In this document: piece by piece, positions 9,028 through 18,267 of the stretch
How the letters are laid out: every line of letters begins with the position of its first letter
How positions within the stretch are numbered: position 1 is the first letter of the stretch
Source: Gammaproteobacteria bacterium
GTDB lineage: Bacteria; Pseudomonadota; Gammaproteobacteria; Pseudomonadales; Azotimanducaceae
Assembly (NCBI GenBank): GCA_038131595.1
Contig: JAYPPR010000003.1
Span: forward strand, 144,764-208,763
DNA length: 64,000 bases
Reading direction: 5' to 3'
Notes under the pieces: model-generated
What the model was told of the DNA's origin: nothing
The model's input: only the letters and a program-made list of their open reading frames with translations
Databases searched by the model: none
Made by a program: the position numbers and the translations under genes

Positions 9028-10044
9028 GTGTCGCTCAAGTTAGGTCTTCAATTAGGGTATTGGGGTGCCGGGCCAGACCCGCGGGTCGTTGGACTAGCGC
9101 AGGAAGCGGAAAAGTTGGGTTTTGATGCAGTTTTCACTGCGGAGGCTTGGGGGTCAGACGTCTTTACCCCGCTCGCTTGGATTGGCGCACATACCGAAAG
9201 AATCCGCTTAGGCACAGGAGTGGCTCAACTCTCCGCTAGAACCCCCACTGCGACAGCGATGGCGGCCCTCACCTTAGATCATTTGTCCAAGGGACGCGTG
9301 ATTCTTGGGCTCGGGGTTTCGGGACCTCAGGTGGTAGAAGGTTGGTACGGCGGGCCGTTCGCGAAGCCATTATCCAGAACACGAGAGTACGTCGATATTA
9401 TTCGTCAGGTGCTCGCTCGCGAGGCGCCGGTATCCAACCCCGGACCGCATTATCCTTTGCCATACACTGGGGAGGGCGCATGGGGGCTTGGCAAATCGTT
9501 GAAGCCCATCACTCATCCGCTACGGGCTGACCTGCCGATTTTTCTAGGTGCCGAGGGGCCAAAGAACGTCACCATGACAGCAGAAATCGCGGATGGATGG
9601 TTGCCGCTTTATTACTCTCCCTACCGCCAAGAGGTTTATGCGGATCAAATCAGCCAGCGACCGCCGCACTTTGAAATCATGCAAGGACTGACGATCAAAG
9701 TGACCGACGATATTGAAGCTGGACTGCAGTCCGTGAAAGAAGGACTCGCGCTGTATGTCGGCGGGATGGGAGCCGAAAGCCGCAATTTCCATAATGAATT
9801 GATGGCCAGAATGGGCTTTGAGGCTGAGGCGAAGGAAATTCAATCGCTCTTCTTGTCTGGGCGCAAGGACGAGGCCGTTGCCGCGGTGCCGACTCAATTT
9901 GCAGACGAGATTTCTCTCGTCGGCCCTATTGAGCGCATTAAGGAGCGACTCGAGGCCTGGAAGTCATCGCCAGTAACCTCACTGCTGATTAGTACACGTG
10001 ATGTGAACCAGTTACGTCAGGTCGCAGAGTTGGTGCTTGGCTAG
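9028..10044 (+). CDS. LLM-class (luciferase-like) flavin/F420-dependent oxidoreductase
   Basis: KLGLQLGYWG...LGLGVSGPQVVEGWYGGPFAKPLSRTREY is the typical Rv3520c-like LLM pattern. The GTG at 9028 follows AGGAGAG. The ORF-track start is 8986. Confidence 0.85.
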   Translation: MSLKLGLQLGYWGAGPDPRVVGLAQEAEKLGFDAVFTAEAWGSDVFTPLAWIGAHTERIRLGTGVAQLSARTPTATAMAALTLDHLSKGRVILGLGVSGPQVVEGWYGGPFAKPLSRTREYVDIIRQVLAREAPVSNPGPHYPLPYTGEGAWGLGKSLKPITHPLRADLPIFLGAEGPKNVTMTAEIADGWLPLYYSPYRQEVYADQISQRPPHFEIMQGLTIKVTDDIEAGLQSVKEGLALYVGGMGAESRNFHNELMARMGFEAEAKEIQSLFLSGRKDEAVAAVPTQFADEISLVGPIERIKERLEAWKSSPVTSLLISTRDVNQLRQVAELVLG

Positions 10045-10059
10045 ATCGCGCTTCGGCCC

Positions 10060-10530
10060 ATGACGCTACCGCTTGGATTGAGGCGAGCGACGCATGAGGA
10101 TGGGGGCACCATCACGCGCGCGTCGGGTGGCTGGCCCGCGTGCATGACCCAGAGGCCGTGGCGACAGTGGCTCGCCTCAGACGCGCACTTCGTCTACCTC
10201 CTCGAGCAAGACCGGCTGGAAGGTTGCCTCGCGATGACCCCAAGCGAGTCGTTCATGTCGGGTCGCCAGGCCGTTGAATTGCTAGTTTGGTATATCACCG
10301 CTGCGTCTCGTGACCAGCGATGGGGCAGGAAACTGCTGGTTCACGGTATTTCAGGGGCGCGAAGATTGGCAGGTGATGACCTAGTTTGCTGGATCCACGA
10401 GGCCGATAAAGCCAGCAGTGCAGAATTGCTCCGGCATGGTTTCAAGTGTCAGATGCAACGTGAGACATTCATTGGTCAAGATCTGAGACGCGAAGAAGGG
10501 TGGCTGCTCGATATATCGGGTTATTTTTGA
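10060..10530 (+). CDS. putative GNAT-family N-acetyltransferase
   Basis: There is a weak GNAT motif A-like segment (RDQRWGRKLLVHGISGARRLAG), and the size is about 155 aa. Confidence 0.45.
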   Translation: MTLPLGLRRATHEDGGTITRASGGWPACMTQRPWRQWLASDAHFVYLLEQDRLEGCLAMTPSESFMSGRQAVELLVWYITAASRDQRWGRKLLVHGISGARRLAGDDLVCWIHEADKASSAELLRHGFKCQMQRETFIGQDLRREEGWLLDISGYF

Positions 10531-10563
10531 GTAACGGCCCGCTTAGGTTGAGACTCGGCCCGA

Positions 10564-11232
10564 TTAAATCGATTGATAGATTTTGACTTCGTTGAATGTT
10601 TTTTGTTCATCGAGATCTGGCCAGGTCGTCGCTGTTTCATGGCCGATCAGCGCGTAGTTAGGGTGAGCGAAATTTTTGATCCGTGAATCTGCGAGGAGAA
10701 TACGGGTTGCATGGTTAGGCAGTAGATCAAGTAGCGGTAGATTGTCTCGATCGTAGAGCACGTCAGCGGCTACTAATAGGTCGGCAACCCCGTCGATGTG
10801 TCGAAGGTCCTCGCATATTTCTAATTCAACATCATTGATCTCAGCGTTTACTTGACACGCGAGTCTCGCGTCATCGTCGAGATCACAGCAGATCACTCGA
10901 GACGCACCTGCGATTTTTGCAGCAATACCCACGACGCCCGAGCCAGCGCCGAAGTCAACGATGGCTCGATCGCGAACGAGATCAGGTTCTGTTAGCAGAA
11001 GGCGAGCAAGCACCTGACCGCTTGCCCAGCAGAATGCCCAGTAGGCCGGCTGGTTCAGTACGGCCAGCATCTCATCGTGCGCAAGCGGCCCTTGCGGCAA
11101 GTCACTCTGTAATAGGGCAAGCTCGATGCTCGGACAAAGCGGCAGCGCTGCCTGCTCAAGGTGGCAACTAGGCAGGGTCGCTTTAAGGCGAGCGTCGAGT
11201 GCAGCGCGGATTGATGAATGCTGATTAGCCAT
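10564..11232 (-). CDS. class I SAM-dependent methyltransferase (PrmA/Methyltransf_16-like)
   Basis: The SAM motif I VDFGAGSGVVGIAAKIAGASRVICCDLD is present. The ATG at 11232 (MANQHSS) is preferred over the longer ORF that runs to 11340. Confidence 0.75.
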   Translation of the reverse strand: MANQHSSIRAALDARLKATLPSCHLEQAALPLCPSIELALLQSDLPQGPLAHDEMLAVLNQPAYWAFCWASGQVLARLLLTEPDLVRDRAIVDFGAGSGVVGIAAKIAGASRVICCDLDDDARLACQVNAEINDVELEICEDLRHIDGVADLLVAADVLYDRDNLPLLDLLPNHATRILLADSRIKNFAHPNYALIGHETATTWPDLDEQKTFNEVKIYQSI

Positions 11233-11450
11233 AACGCCCGATTTTGACAGGTCAGCAGGATGAAGGGGATAGGCCCCTCTAGTTTGAAGAGAGGATGCCC
11301 ACTTGCCTCTCTCGTGCTGGCTTGCTATTCGCTCGCCCATGGCGTTTAGTGAGAAAAATAGCTTGAGGCCTCTTAACAGCGTCGTCGTTGCGCAGCGGAT
11401 ATATAGGCTTCAAGACCATTACCAGCGTGCTCAACCAGGAGGGATAGGAT

Positions 11451-12680
11451 ATGGCCATTGATTTCACATTCAGCCAAGACGTTGAAGATGCTCGTTTGAT
11501 GATGCGACAGTTTCTTCACGAGACGGTCAAGCCGGCTTTTGCCGCAATGAGCGAGAACAAAGAAGCAACCCGTGATGACTGGTCTAAATTAGTGAAGTCA
11601 TTGCGGCAGCAGGCGAAAGCCGAAGGTTATTGGCTGCCACATATGCCGCAAGAGGTGGGCGGTATGGGGCTTGGGGTGACCGCACTTGCCGCTGTGTCAG
11701 CGGAAGCTGCCAAGGTGCCCATGGGGCCCTATATCATCAACGCCCAAGCGCCGGATGAGGGGAATATGCATACCCTTTATCACTTCGCGACCGACTATCA
11801 GCGAGAACATTTCTTGAAACCTTTGCTTGAGGGGACTGCGCGGTCGTGCTTTTCGATGACTGAGCCTGAGGTGGCAGGTTCAGATCCCACATTGATTCAA
11901 ACGACGGCCGTTGAAGATGGCGATGAGTGGGTCATTAACGGACACAAATGGTTTACCTCTGGAGCTCAAGGCGCCGATTTCGCCATTGTGATCGCGAGAA
12001 CAGACCCTGATGCGGATATCCCTCAAGCAAGAAACAGTGCGTTCATCGTCCCAACCAATAGTCCTGGATTTGAGATCGTAAGGGACGTGGAAACCATGGG
12101 GGGGCGGCACAATCACCCAGAGGTTAAATACAATGGCGTCCGTGTCCCTAAGACGCATCTGCTTGGCGAGCGTGGCGGGGGTCACAAGCTCGGACAAGTT
12201 CGATTGGGACCAGCGCGACTCGCTCATTGCATGCGTTGGATTGGTCAGATCGAAATGGCGCTCGAGATGTTGATTAAACGAGCCCAGTCACGGTTTTCTC
12301 ATGGCAGCTACCTGTCAGAAAAGCAAAGCATTCAATGGATGATGTCTGATTCGGCGATGGAACTTTACGCGGCGAAGCTCATGGTGCTGCACGCAGCGTA
12401 CAAAATTGAACACAAGATGGAGTTCAAACAAGAGGTGTCCATGGCCAAACATCACGTGGCGAATACGCTTTGGCGAGTGGTCGACAGAGCGATGCAAGTT
12501 CATGGGGCCCTTGGGTATTCGACCGATACGCCGCTCGCGGGAATGATGCAGCAAGCGAGATGGGCAAGGCTTGCTGATGGCGCCGATGAGGTTCACCAAA
12601 TGCGAATCGCCGAACTGCTGATGCGGACTTTCAATGAAGACGGCAGCATCAACCAAGCGGTGGGGGGGTTGCCGCTTTGA
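11451..12680 (+). CDS. acyl-CoA dehydrogenase family protein
   Basis: It has ACAD domain architecture and motifs (FSMTEPEVAGSDPT, GHKWFTSGA, C-terminal QVHGALGYSTDTPLA). Confidence 0.9.
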   Translation: MAIDFTFSQDVEDARLMMRQFLHETVKPAFAAMSENKEATRDDWSKLVKSLRQQAKAEGYWLPHMPQEVGGMGLGVTALAAVSAEAAKVPMGPYIINAQAPDEGNMHTLYHFATDYQREHFLKPLLEGTARSCFSMTEPEVAGSDPTLIQTTAVEDGDEWVINGHKWFTSGAQGADFAIVIARTDPDADIPQARNSAFIVPTNSPGFEIVRDVETMGGRHNHPEVKYNGVRVPKTHLLGERGGGHKLGQVRLGPARLAHCMRWIGQIEMALEMLIKRAQSRFSHGSYLSEKQSIQWMMSDSAMELYAAKLMVLHAAYKIEHKMEFKQEVSMAKHHVANTLWRVVDRAMQVHGALGYSTDTPLAGMMQQARWARLADGADEVHQMRIAELLMRTFNEDGSINQAVGGLPL

Positions 12681-14038
12681 AGCTGGTTTTCATCTACTTC
12701 GCGCTCAGCATCCTTGCCCTTTGGAGTCCGCTAGCCCTCAGCGATCAGCGAGTCACGCCCAGCGAGTTACAGGGCCTTGCCGAGCAGGTATCGGCAACGC
12801 GGATCGAAAATGACATCCGTAGGTTGGCCGGATTTGGAACTCGCCACACCTTGTCTGAAACCGAATCGGATACAAGAGGCATTGGCGCTGCTCGTCGATG
12901 GATCAACGCGTCTTTTGAGACCATTTCACGTGAGTGCGGCGACTGCCTTCGTGTTTTAACGCAATCCAGAGTGATTAGCGGAGAGCGAAGAATTCCCGAG
13001 CCGACTGAGGTCGTCAACGTGATCGCGATTTTGCCGGCGCGTGTGCCAACGGACCGGTACGTGGTGATGTCCGGTGACATTGACTCAAGGGCATCAGACC
13101 CATTGGACGGCGTGAGTGATGCGCCAGGAGCCAATGATAATGCTTCGGGAATGGCTGGAGCCATCGAGGCTGCGCGGGTGCTAAGTCAATATCGATTTGA
13201 TGCCAATATCGTATTTGCCGGCTTGTCTGGCGAGGAGCAGGGGCTGTTCGGCGGACAAATAATGGCAGAGACAGCAAGAGATGAGGGCTGGTTCATTCAG
13301 GCTGTGCTCAATAACGACATGATTGGCAATATTCGTGGCCAAAATGGCGTGATCAACAATCGGTCAGTCAGAGTGTTTTCGGAGGCCACTCGACCCATTG
13401 AGACGCCAGAGGCTCGGCGCTGGAGACGATTTTTCGGAGGGGAAAACGATGGACCTTCTCGAAATCTCGCACGTTATATCGCCCATCTTGGAGAGACCCA
13501 TTTACCCAACTTAGATGTGATGATGATCTATCGTTTGGATCGATTCGGACGGGGTGGTCACCATCGCCCCTTCAATGAGGTTGGGTTTCCGGCTGTGCGT
13601 ATCATGGAGACTAATGAGCACTACCATCGCCAGCATCAGGATTTACGGGTTGAAAATGGCATCCGCTACGGCGACACCGTAGATTGGGTAGATTTTGACT
13701 ACGCGCGGTCAGTGACTGGGCTGAACGTGATCACGCTGGCCGCATTGGCGACGGCGCCAGAGCCGCCCAGATCCGTGTCGCTGAGTGGTCAAGTGTCACC
13801 TGATACGACGCTCAAATGGGAGCGAGTGCCAGGTGCGGTGGGGTATGAGATTCACTGGCGTCTGACAACAGACGCGCACTGGCGCTGGTCCGTTCGAGTC
13901 GGCGATGTGACGGCCCACACGCTCAAGGATGTCGTCATTGATAATTATCTCTTCGGAGTGTCTAGCATTGCCGAAGACGGCATGGCCTCTCCGGTCGTTT
14001 TTCCTGGGCCGATTGGAAGCGTTCGTTATGACCAGTAA
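12677..14038 (+). CDS. exported M28-family metallopeptidase with C-terminal fibronectin type III-like domain
   Basis: The signal peptide is MKLVFIYFALSILALWSPLALS. The M28 zinc-ligand context is present (GANDNASGMAG, GLSGEEQGLFG). An FN3-like tail follows (PPRSVSLSG..LKWERVPGAVGYEIHWR). The TTG start overlaps the ACAD stop (TTGA). Confidence 0.85.
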   Translation: MKLVFIYFALSILALWSPLALSDQRVTPSELQGLAEQVSATRIENDIRRLAGFGTRHTLSETESDTRGIGAARRWINASFETISRECGDCLRVLTQSRVISGERRIPEPTEVVNVIAILPARVPTDRYVVMSGDIDSRASDPLDGVSDAPGANDNASGMAGAIEAARVLSQYRFDANIVFAGLSGEEQGLFGGQIMAETARDEGWFIQAVLNNDMIGNIRGQNGVINNRSVRVFSEATRPIETPEARRWRRFFGGENDGPSRNLARYIAHLGETHLPNLDVMMIYRLDRFGRGGHHRPFNEVGFPAVRIMETNEHYHRQHQDLRVENGIRYGDTVDWVDFDYARSVTGLNVITLAALATAPEPPRSVSLSGQVSPDTTLKWERVPGAVGYEIHWRLTTDAHWRWSVRVGDVTAHTLKDVVIDNYLFGVSSIAEDGMASPVVFPGPIGSVRYDQ

Positions 14039-14699
14039 CAGTAGAGACAACGCGCAGGGGCAGCCGATTGATGAAGTTGGAGAATCCATAGGCCTGCTCG
14101 AGGGGATCAGAACAACCCGAGCCATTCGCAGACTGAAACCAGACCCAGTGCCCATCGAACTCGTGAAGAAGGTCTGCGAGGCCGGCACCTTTGCGCCAAG
14201 TGGTGGCAATCGCCAACCCTGGATGTTCGTGGCCGTCACCGATCCAGAAAAACGTGCGCAAATCGCCACGCTCTATCGTGAGGTGTTCGACGCCTATATT
14301 GCGCCTGCGGTCGAGGCCGCACGAGACCCTGGTTACCCCGAAGCAAAACGGAAAAACATGCGAGCCGCGATGTACTTGGCTGCGCATCTCCATGAAGCGC
14401 CCGTACACTTATTTGTTGCGGGCTGGACCCGCAGAGGTGCTCCTCAAAGTCAGGCGCTTTTTCCTGCCATTCAGAATGTGCTGCTCGCTTGTCGAGCGGT
14501 GGGTCTCGGCGCTTCGCTGACCACCGCACATCGTGGTCATGGTGAAGCGATTGACCAACTCATCGGGCTTGACCCGATTAAGACCCCCAGCATTGCACTG
14601 ATTCCTATTGGTTGGCCTCGGGGACGATATGGAAAGCCCACGAGGCGGAGTATCGACACCTGTTTTTTTGTTGATTCCGCGACGCCAGTCAGTGAGTGA
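14028..14699 (+). CDS. nitroreductase family protein
   Basis: TTRAIRRLKPDPVPIELVKKVCEAGTFAPSGGNRQPWMFV is a classic nitroreductase N-terminal motif. The ATG at 14028 overlaps the end of the M28 gene. Confidence 0.8.
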   Translation: MTSNSRDNAQGQPIDEVGESIGLLEGIRTTRAIRRLKPDPVPIELVKKVCEAGTFAPSGGNRQPWMFVAVTDPEKRAQIATLYREVFDAYIAPAVEAARDPGYPEAKRKNMRAAMYLAAHLHEAPVHLFVAGWTRRGAPQSQALFPAIQNVLLACRAVGLGASLTTAHRGHGEAIDQLIGLDPIKTPSIALIPIGWPRGRYGKPTRRSIDTCFFVDSATPVSE

Positions 14700-14735
14700 T
14701 CGGCTAGACGCGTGAAGCGCGGCTTCGGGCTGGCG

Positions 14736-15905
14736 TTACACGGTTAACTCGCCTTTCAAGGCGTCGGCGATTGCTTTCTTGGCGAGTTGAATACCGTTTT
14801 CGATCTGCCCTATGGTGAAAAATGTATTGGCCCCGCTCGATAGGCCTGCCTGAATGCTTTCGCCAATTTTGAAATCCTCATCAAACACTCGTCGGACCAC
14901 ATCGTAGTTGGCTTGCCAGTGTTGTTCTGCTTTTGGAGTCTCCGGGGCCTCGGGAATGAGCATATGGCACTGAAAGATGCTGCGACTTGGAGAGACCGGC
15001 GTGATGGTGTGGATATACACGTGGTCGGTCATGACCTGAATGAAGTTGCAGGGAAAGAGGTAATTCTGGGTCATAAAGTGCTGTCGGTAGGAACGGCTGT
15101 CGGCGGGTAACTCTCGAAGTCGCTCGATGCTCGCAACCGGTACTGCATGTCGCACGTGGGGGTATTGGTCGATATAAACGCCCTTTGTATCAAGGTAAGC
15201 ACTGCATGCCGTATCTCGGTGGGCTGAACAGAAATGGTACTGCTCCTGAAAGCCCTCAAGCGCGATGTGCCAATTCATTGCGCGTTCCAATGTCCAAGAG
15301 CGGTATAGGACGTGATTTTCCAGCGATAGTGTTTCCAGTTGCGGCGCCATGGGCGCAAGCCAAGCGTCGATGTCCAGCTCGTTAACCTCGCTAGATCGAC
15401 TCAAAGGGGAGGGTCTGACCCAAATGAGCCCGTAACGTTCGAACGCGGGAAGCCGAATAAGCCCATATTCGTCTTTGTTGATGGCGCCAAAATTGTCTGC
15501 TTGCCGAATGCCTCGCAAGCGACCCCCCGTGTCGTAGGTCCAACCATGGTAAGGGCAAGAAAATGTTTTGGCTTGGCCGCAAGGGCGGTCCTCGAGCCGC
15601 GCGCCTCGATGCCGGCAAACATTGATAAAGGCCTGAACCTCGCCTGCCTGATTACGAGTCACTAAGATGGGAACGCCTGTGGAATCATGAGTAACGAACG
15701 ACCCAGGATCGCTTAACGATGACGCATGGGCGACGATGATCGGAAAATTGCGAAAAAGCACGCGAATTTCCTCATCAAGCACGCGCTCACTCGTGTAATC
15801 GGTCGTCGGTGCTCTCAAGATTTCAGGTTCGCGCTGAGTCTTGTCCTCATTCACATAGTCGAGGATGGTCTCGATGATCGCTTGCTCTTCGGCGTGGTTA
15901 CTCAT
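14736..15905 (-). CDS. Rieske [2Fe-2S] non-heme-iron oxygenase alpha subunit
   Basis: The Rieske motif CRHRGARL...CPYHGWTY and the mononuclear iron motif EQYHFCSAH are present. There is no signal peptide and no adjacent beta subunit or reductase. Confidence 0.85.
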   Translation of the reverse strand: MSNHAEEQAIIETILDYVNEDKTQREPEILRAPTTDYTSERVLDEEIRVLFRNFPIIVAHASSLSDPGSFVTHDSTGVPILVTRNQAGEVQAFINVCRHRGARLEDRPCGQAKTFSCPYHGWTYDTGGRLRGIRQADNFGAINKDEYGLIRLPAFERYGLIWVRPSPLSRSSEVNELDIDAWLAPMAPQLETLSLENHVLYRSWTLERAMNWHIALEGFQEQYHFCSAHRDTACSAYLDTKGVYIDQYPHVRHAVPVASIERLRELPADSRSYRQHFMTQNYLFPCNFIQVMTDHVYIHTITPVSPSRSIFQCHMLIPEAPETPKAEQHWQANYDVVRRVFDEDFKIGESIQAGLSSGANTFFTIGQIENGIQLAKKAIADALKGELTV

Positions 15906-15970
15906 GTCTCGTTCATTGATCCTGGGCTCTACTGAGTCGCCCTTTCGCTCATCCAGTACATGACTAGTCG

Positions 15971-16903
15971 TTAATCTCTTCCGGCCGCCTTACGGCCTAG
16001 CTGGAGCGCTTGTGCGGTTCTCGGCGAGATGCCGGCATCTCCGCCGACTGTGGCAAATCGGAATCCTTGCTTGGTTCTAGCCTCGATGTCAGCGGGCGAG
16101 GTTGTGATGCCACACGGGATATTGTGTTCAAGACAGCTGGCAAGGATCGTCTGAATCGCTTGCTCGACATCTGGGTGAGAGCGAGGTAGCCCTAAGTCAG
16201 CCGATAAGTCGCTCGGCCCAACAAAAATTGCACCAACCCCAGGCGTAGTCATGATCTCCTCAAGTTGATCGATCGCTTCTTGCGTTTCAATCTGAATGAC
16301 TGCTAGGAGTTCTCCCTTGGGATCAAGCGGCCAAACGTCAGCCTTTGCGAGATATTCACCATAAGCAGTCCCCCAATACCAGACGGCGTTGCCCGGCGCT
16401 CTGCCCCTTACACCCTGCGGGCCAGCGTCTGTCTCTCCAGCCGCTTTCGGGTACCGCATGCTGGCTATGGCATTGAGTGCTTCTTCGCGCGAATTAATCA
16501 TAGGAAACATCACGCCATACACCCCAAGGTCGAGTACCTGTTTGACGAGATATTGGTTCATTTCACGGCCGTTGGTTGGCAGTCGCACAATTGGCGTTGT
16601 CTGCATTGCGAGACTGCCAGAACTGGCGATAGCCGACTTATCCGTCATTCCCAGCAAAAAGCGCTGCAGGGATTCCGCGTCGTAGGGACCGTGCTCCATA
16701 TCGATCAGTACAAAGTCGATCGGTGCGCGCGCAAGCGATCTCGCATTCGACATGGATCGATCACCTGAGAAGATCCCGAAAGCGGCCTCGCCCTTTTCAA
16801 GGGTTGCAATGGTTTGATTGAGTCGATCAGCGGACGCCGTGCCTGCCAGCAAATAAAGGCCAATGAGCAGCGCCATCCGGCTGATTGCGTAAAGCGTTTG
16901 CAT
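15971..16903 (-). CDS. HpcH/HpaI-family (class II pyruvate) aldolase with N-terminal signal peptide
   Basis: The core IDFVLIDMEHGPYD...VRLP...IETQEAI..GVGAIFVGPSDLS is typical of HpcH/HpaI. About 25 aa precede the domain (MALLIGLYLLAGTASA|DR), with an AXA cleavage site. Confidence 0.8.
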   Translation of the reverse strand: MQTLYAISRMALLIGLYLLAGTASADRLNQTIATLEKGEAAFGIFSGDRSMSNARSLARAPIDFVLIDMEHGPYDAESLQRFLLGMTDKSAIASSGSLAMQTTPIVRLPTNGREMNQYLVKQVLDLGVYGVMFPMINSREEALNAIASMRYPKAAGETDAGPQGVRGRAPGNAVWYWGTAYGEYLAKADVWPLDPKGELLAVIQIETQEAIDQLEEIMTTPGVGAIFVGPSDLSADLGLPRSHPDVEQAIQTILASCLEHNIPCGITTSPADIEARTKQGFRFATVGGDAGISPRTAQALQLGRKAAGRD

Positions 16904-17006
16904 GACAAGTTCTCCTTTTTATGGGCCAAAAGCGATATGGCGCCTAAACATCAATGAGTGGGTATTGCTAACTACATGGTTGCAAGTCGTATGAGTAAGG
17001 GCGAAA

Positions 17007-17861
17007 TCACATAGGAACAATGGTGTTCCGAACGCTACCGATTCCCTCGATAGTAACCTCCAGCACATCGCCCACCTGCATCTTTCGTCTCGCGCCTTCT
17101 TTGAACAGCACCGTGCCGGTGTAAATCAAATCACCGGGTTCCAGGGTGATAAAACGACTCACATAGGCGATGAGTTCTGGCACATCCTGGATCAGTTCGT
17201 TCGTATTCCCGTCTTGGACAATGTCGCCATTGAGCCGCGTCGTCAGCCGTCTGTTGTTGTAATCAAGGCCGGTGACAATCTCTTGGCCAAGGCACGCCCA
17301 GGTATCCGATCCCTTGGAGATTAGACGCGAGGGCTCCCCTCGACCTTGTCGTTCGCCGTACCAGGTATTTTCTGAAAAGTCGTTGCCCACGGCGTATCCG
17401 AACACGTAGTCGAGGGCGTCTTCTTCACTGACATGCCGAGCCGTTTTGCCAATCACCACAACGAGTTCTCCCTCGTAATTCAAGTTGCCAGCCTCAGGCG
17501 GGAGCATGACACCCGCACCACTCGGGTTAAGAGAGGAGGGGAATTTGGCGAACCACCTTGGATGTGGGTTCTCAGGCAATGAAAGATTCGGCCGCTTTGT
17601 GTTGACAGCGGTTCCCAAGATTTTTGAAACATCGCGAGGGGCAAGAGGAAGCAAGAGCTTCACCGCGTCATAATCGTAAGTCACGCCTGTTCGTTCTGGC
17701 GCATTGAAATAAAGCCCTGATAATTGATGGATTTTGTCTCCAACGACCTCGCCGTATGAAGTAGTACCGTTCACTTCAAAGCGTACAAACCTCGCGGCTT
17801 CTGCATTCAGTGACAGCGCGGCTAATGCTGTGATAACGCAACTGATGAGTGCTAATTTCAT
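17007..17861 (-). CDS. fumarylacetoacetate hydrolase (FAH) family protein with N-terminal signal peptide
   Basis: The FAH core is present (NYEGELVVVIGK, YAVGNDFS, LEPGDLIYTGT). The domain starts at RFVRFEV, right after MKLALISCVITALAALSLNAEA. Confidence 0.85.
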   Translation of the reverse strand: MKLALISCVITALAALSLNAEAARFVRFEVNGTTSYGEVVGDKIHQLSGLYFNAPERTGVTYDYDAVKLLLPLAPRDVSKILGTAVNTKRPNLSLPENPHPRWFAKFPSSLNPSGAGVMLPPEAGNLNYEGELVVVIGKTARHVSEEDALDYVFGYAVGNDFSENTWYGERQGRGEPSRLISKGSDTWACLGQEIVTGLDYNNRRLTTRLNGDIVQDGNTNELIQDVPELIAYVSRFITLEPGDLIYTGTVLFKEGARRKMQVGDVLEVTIEGIGSVRNTIVPM

Positions 17862-17889
17862 GATTCGTCCCCCGGTTATGGAATCAGGC

Positions 17890-18267
17890 TTAGGGTTTAG
17901 GAAGGATTAGGTTCGAGAGTTGATCGTAATTCTTGGGAAGTGATTTGTCTCCCGATGCGACTCCATTCAATGACATGATCCAAGCCAGTAGCGCCGCCGT
18001 GTGTCTCGGCTTTAACGTGCCCGGTCGATCTTGCGGCATGGTCGATTGGATGGGATCGAGTAGATATTTTGCCTGTTGGCCTTGAACGGCTCTATAGAGG
18101 GAACCCTCAAAATAGCTTTGATCGTGACACTGGGAGCAATAGCGCTCAGCGACTCTCTTGCCGAGCGCTGCCTGTTCCGCCGTAAACACTGCTTCCTCAC
18201 CTTTTGCGAAGGCGGTAAAGCCGCCGAGCGTAACGATGAGTCCAAGAATGAGCAACGCTTGGATCAC
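17890..18267 (-). CDS. monoheme c-type cytochrome (exported)
   Basis: It has a single CSQCH heme-binding motif, a distal Met candidate (STMPQD) and an N-terminal hydrophobic signal. Its start overlaps the PQQ dehydrogenase stop by 4 nt. Confidence 0.75.
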   Translation of the reverse strand: MIQALLILGLIVTLGGFTAFAKGEEAVFTAEQAALGKRVAERYCSQCHDQSYFEGSLYRAVQGQQAKYLLDPIQSTMPQDRPGTLKPRHTAALLAWIMSLNGVASGDKSLPKNYDQLSNLILPKP

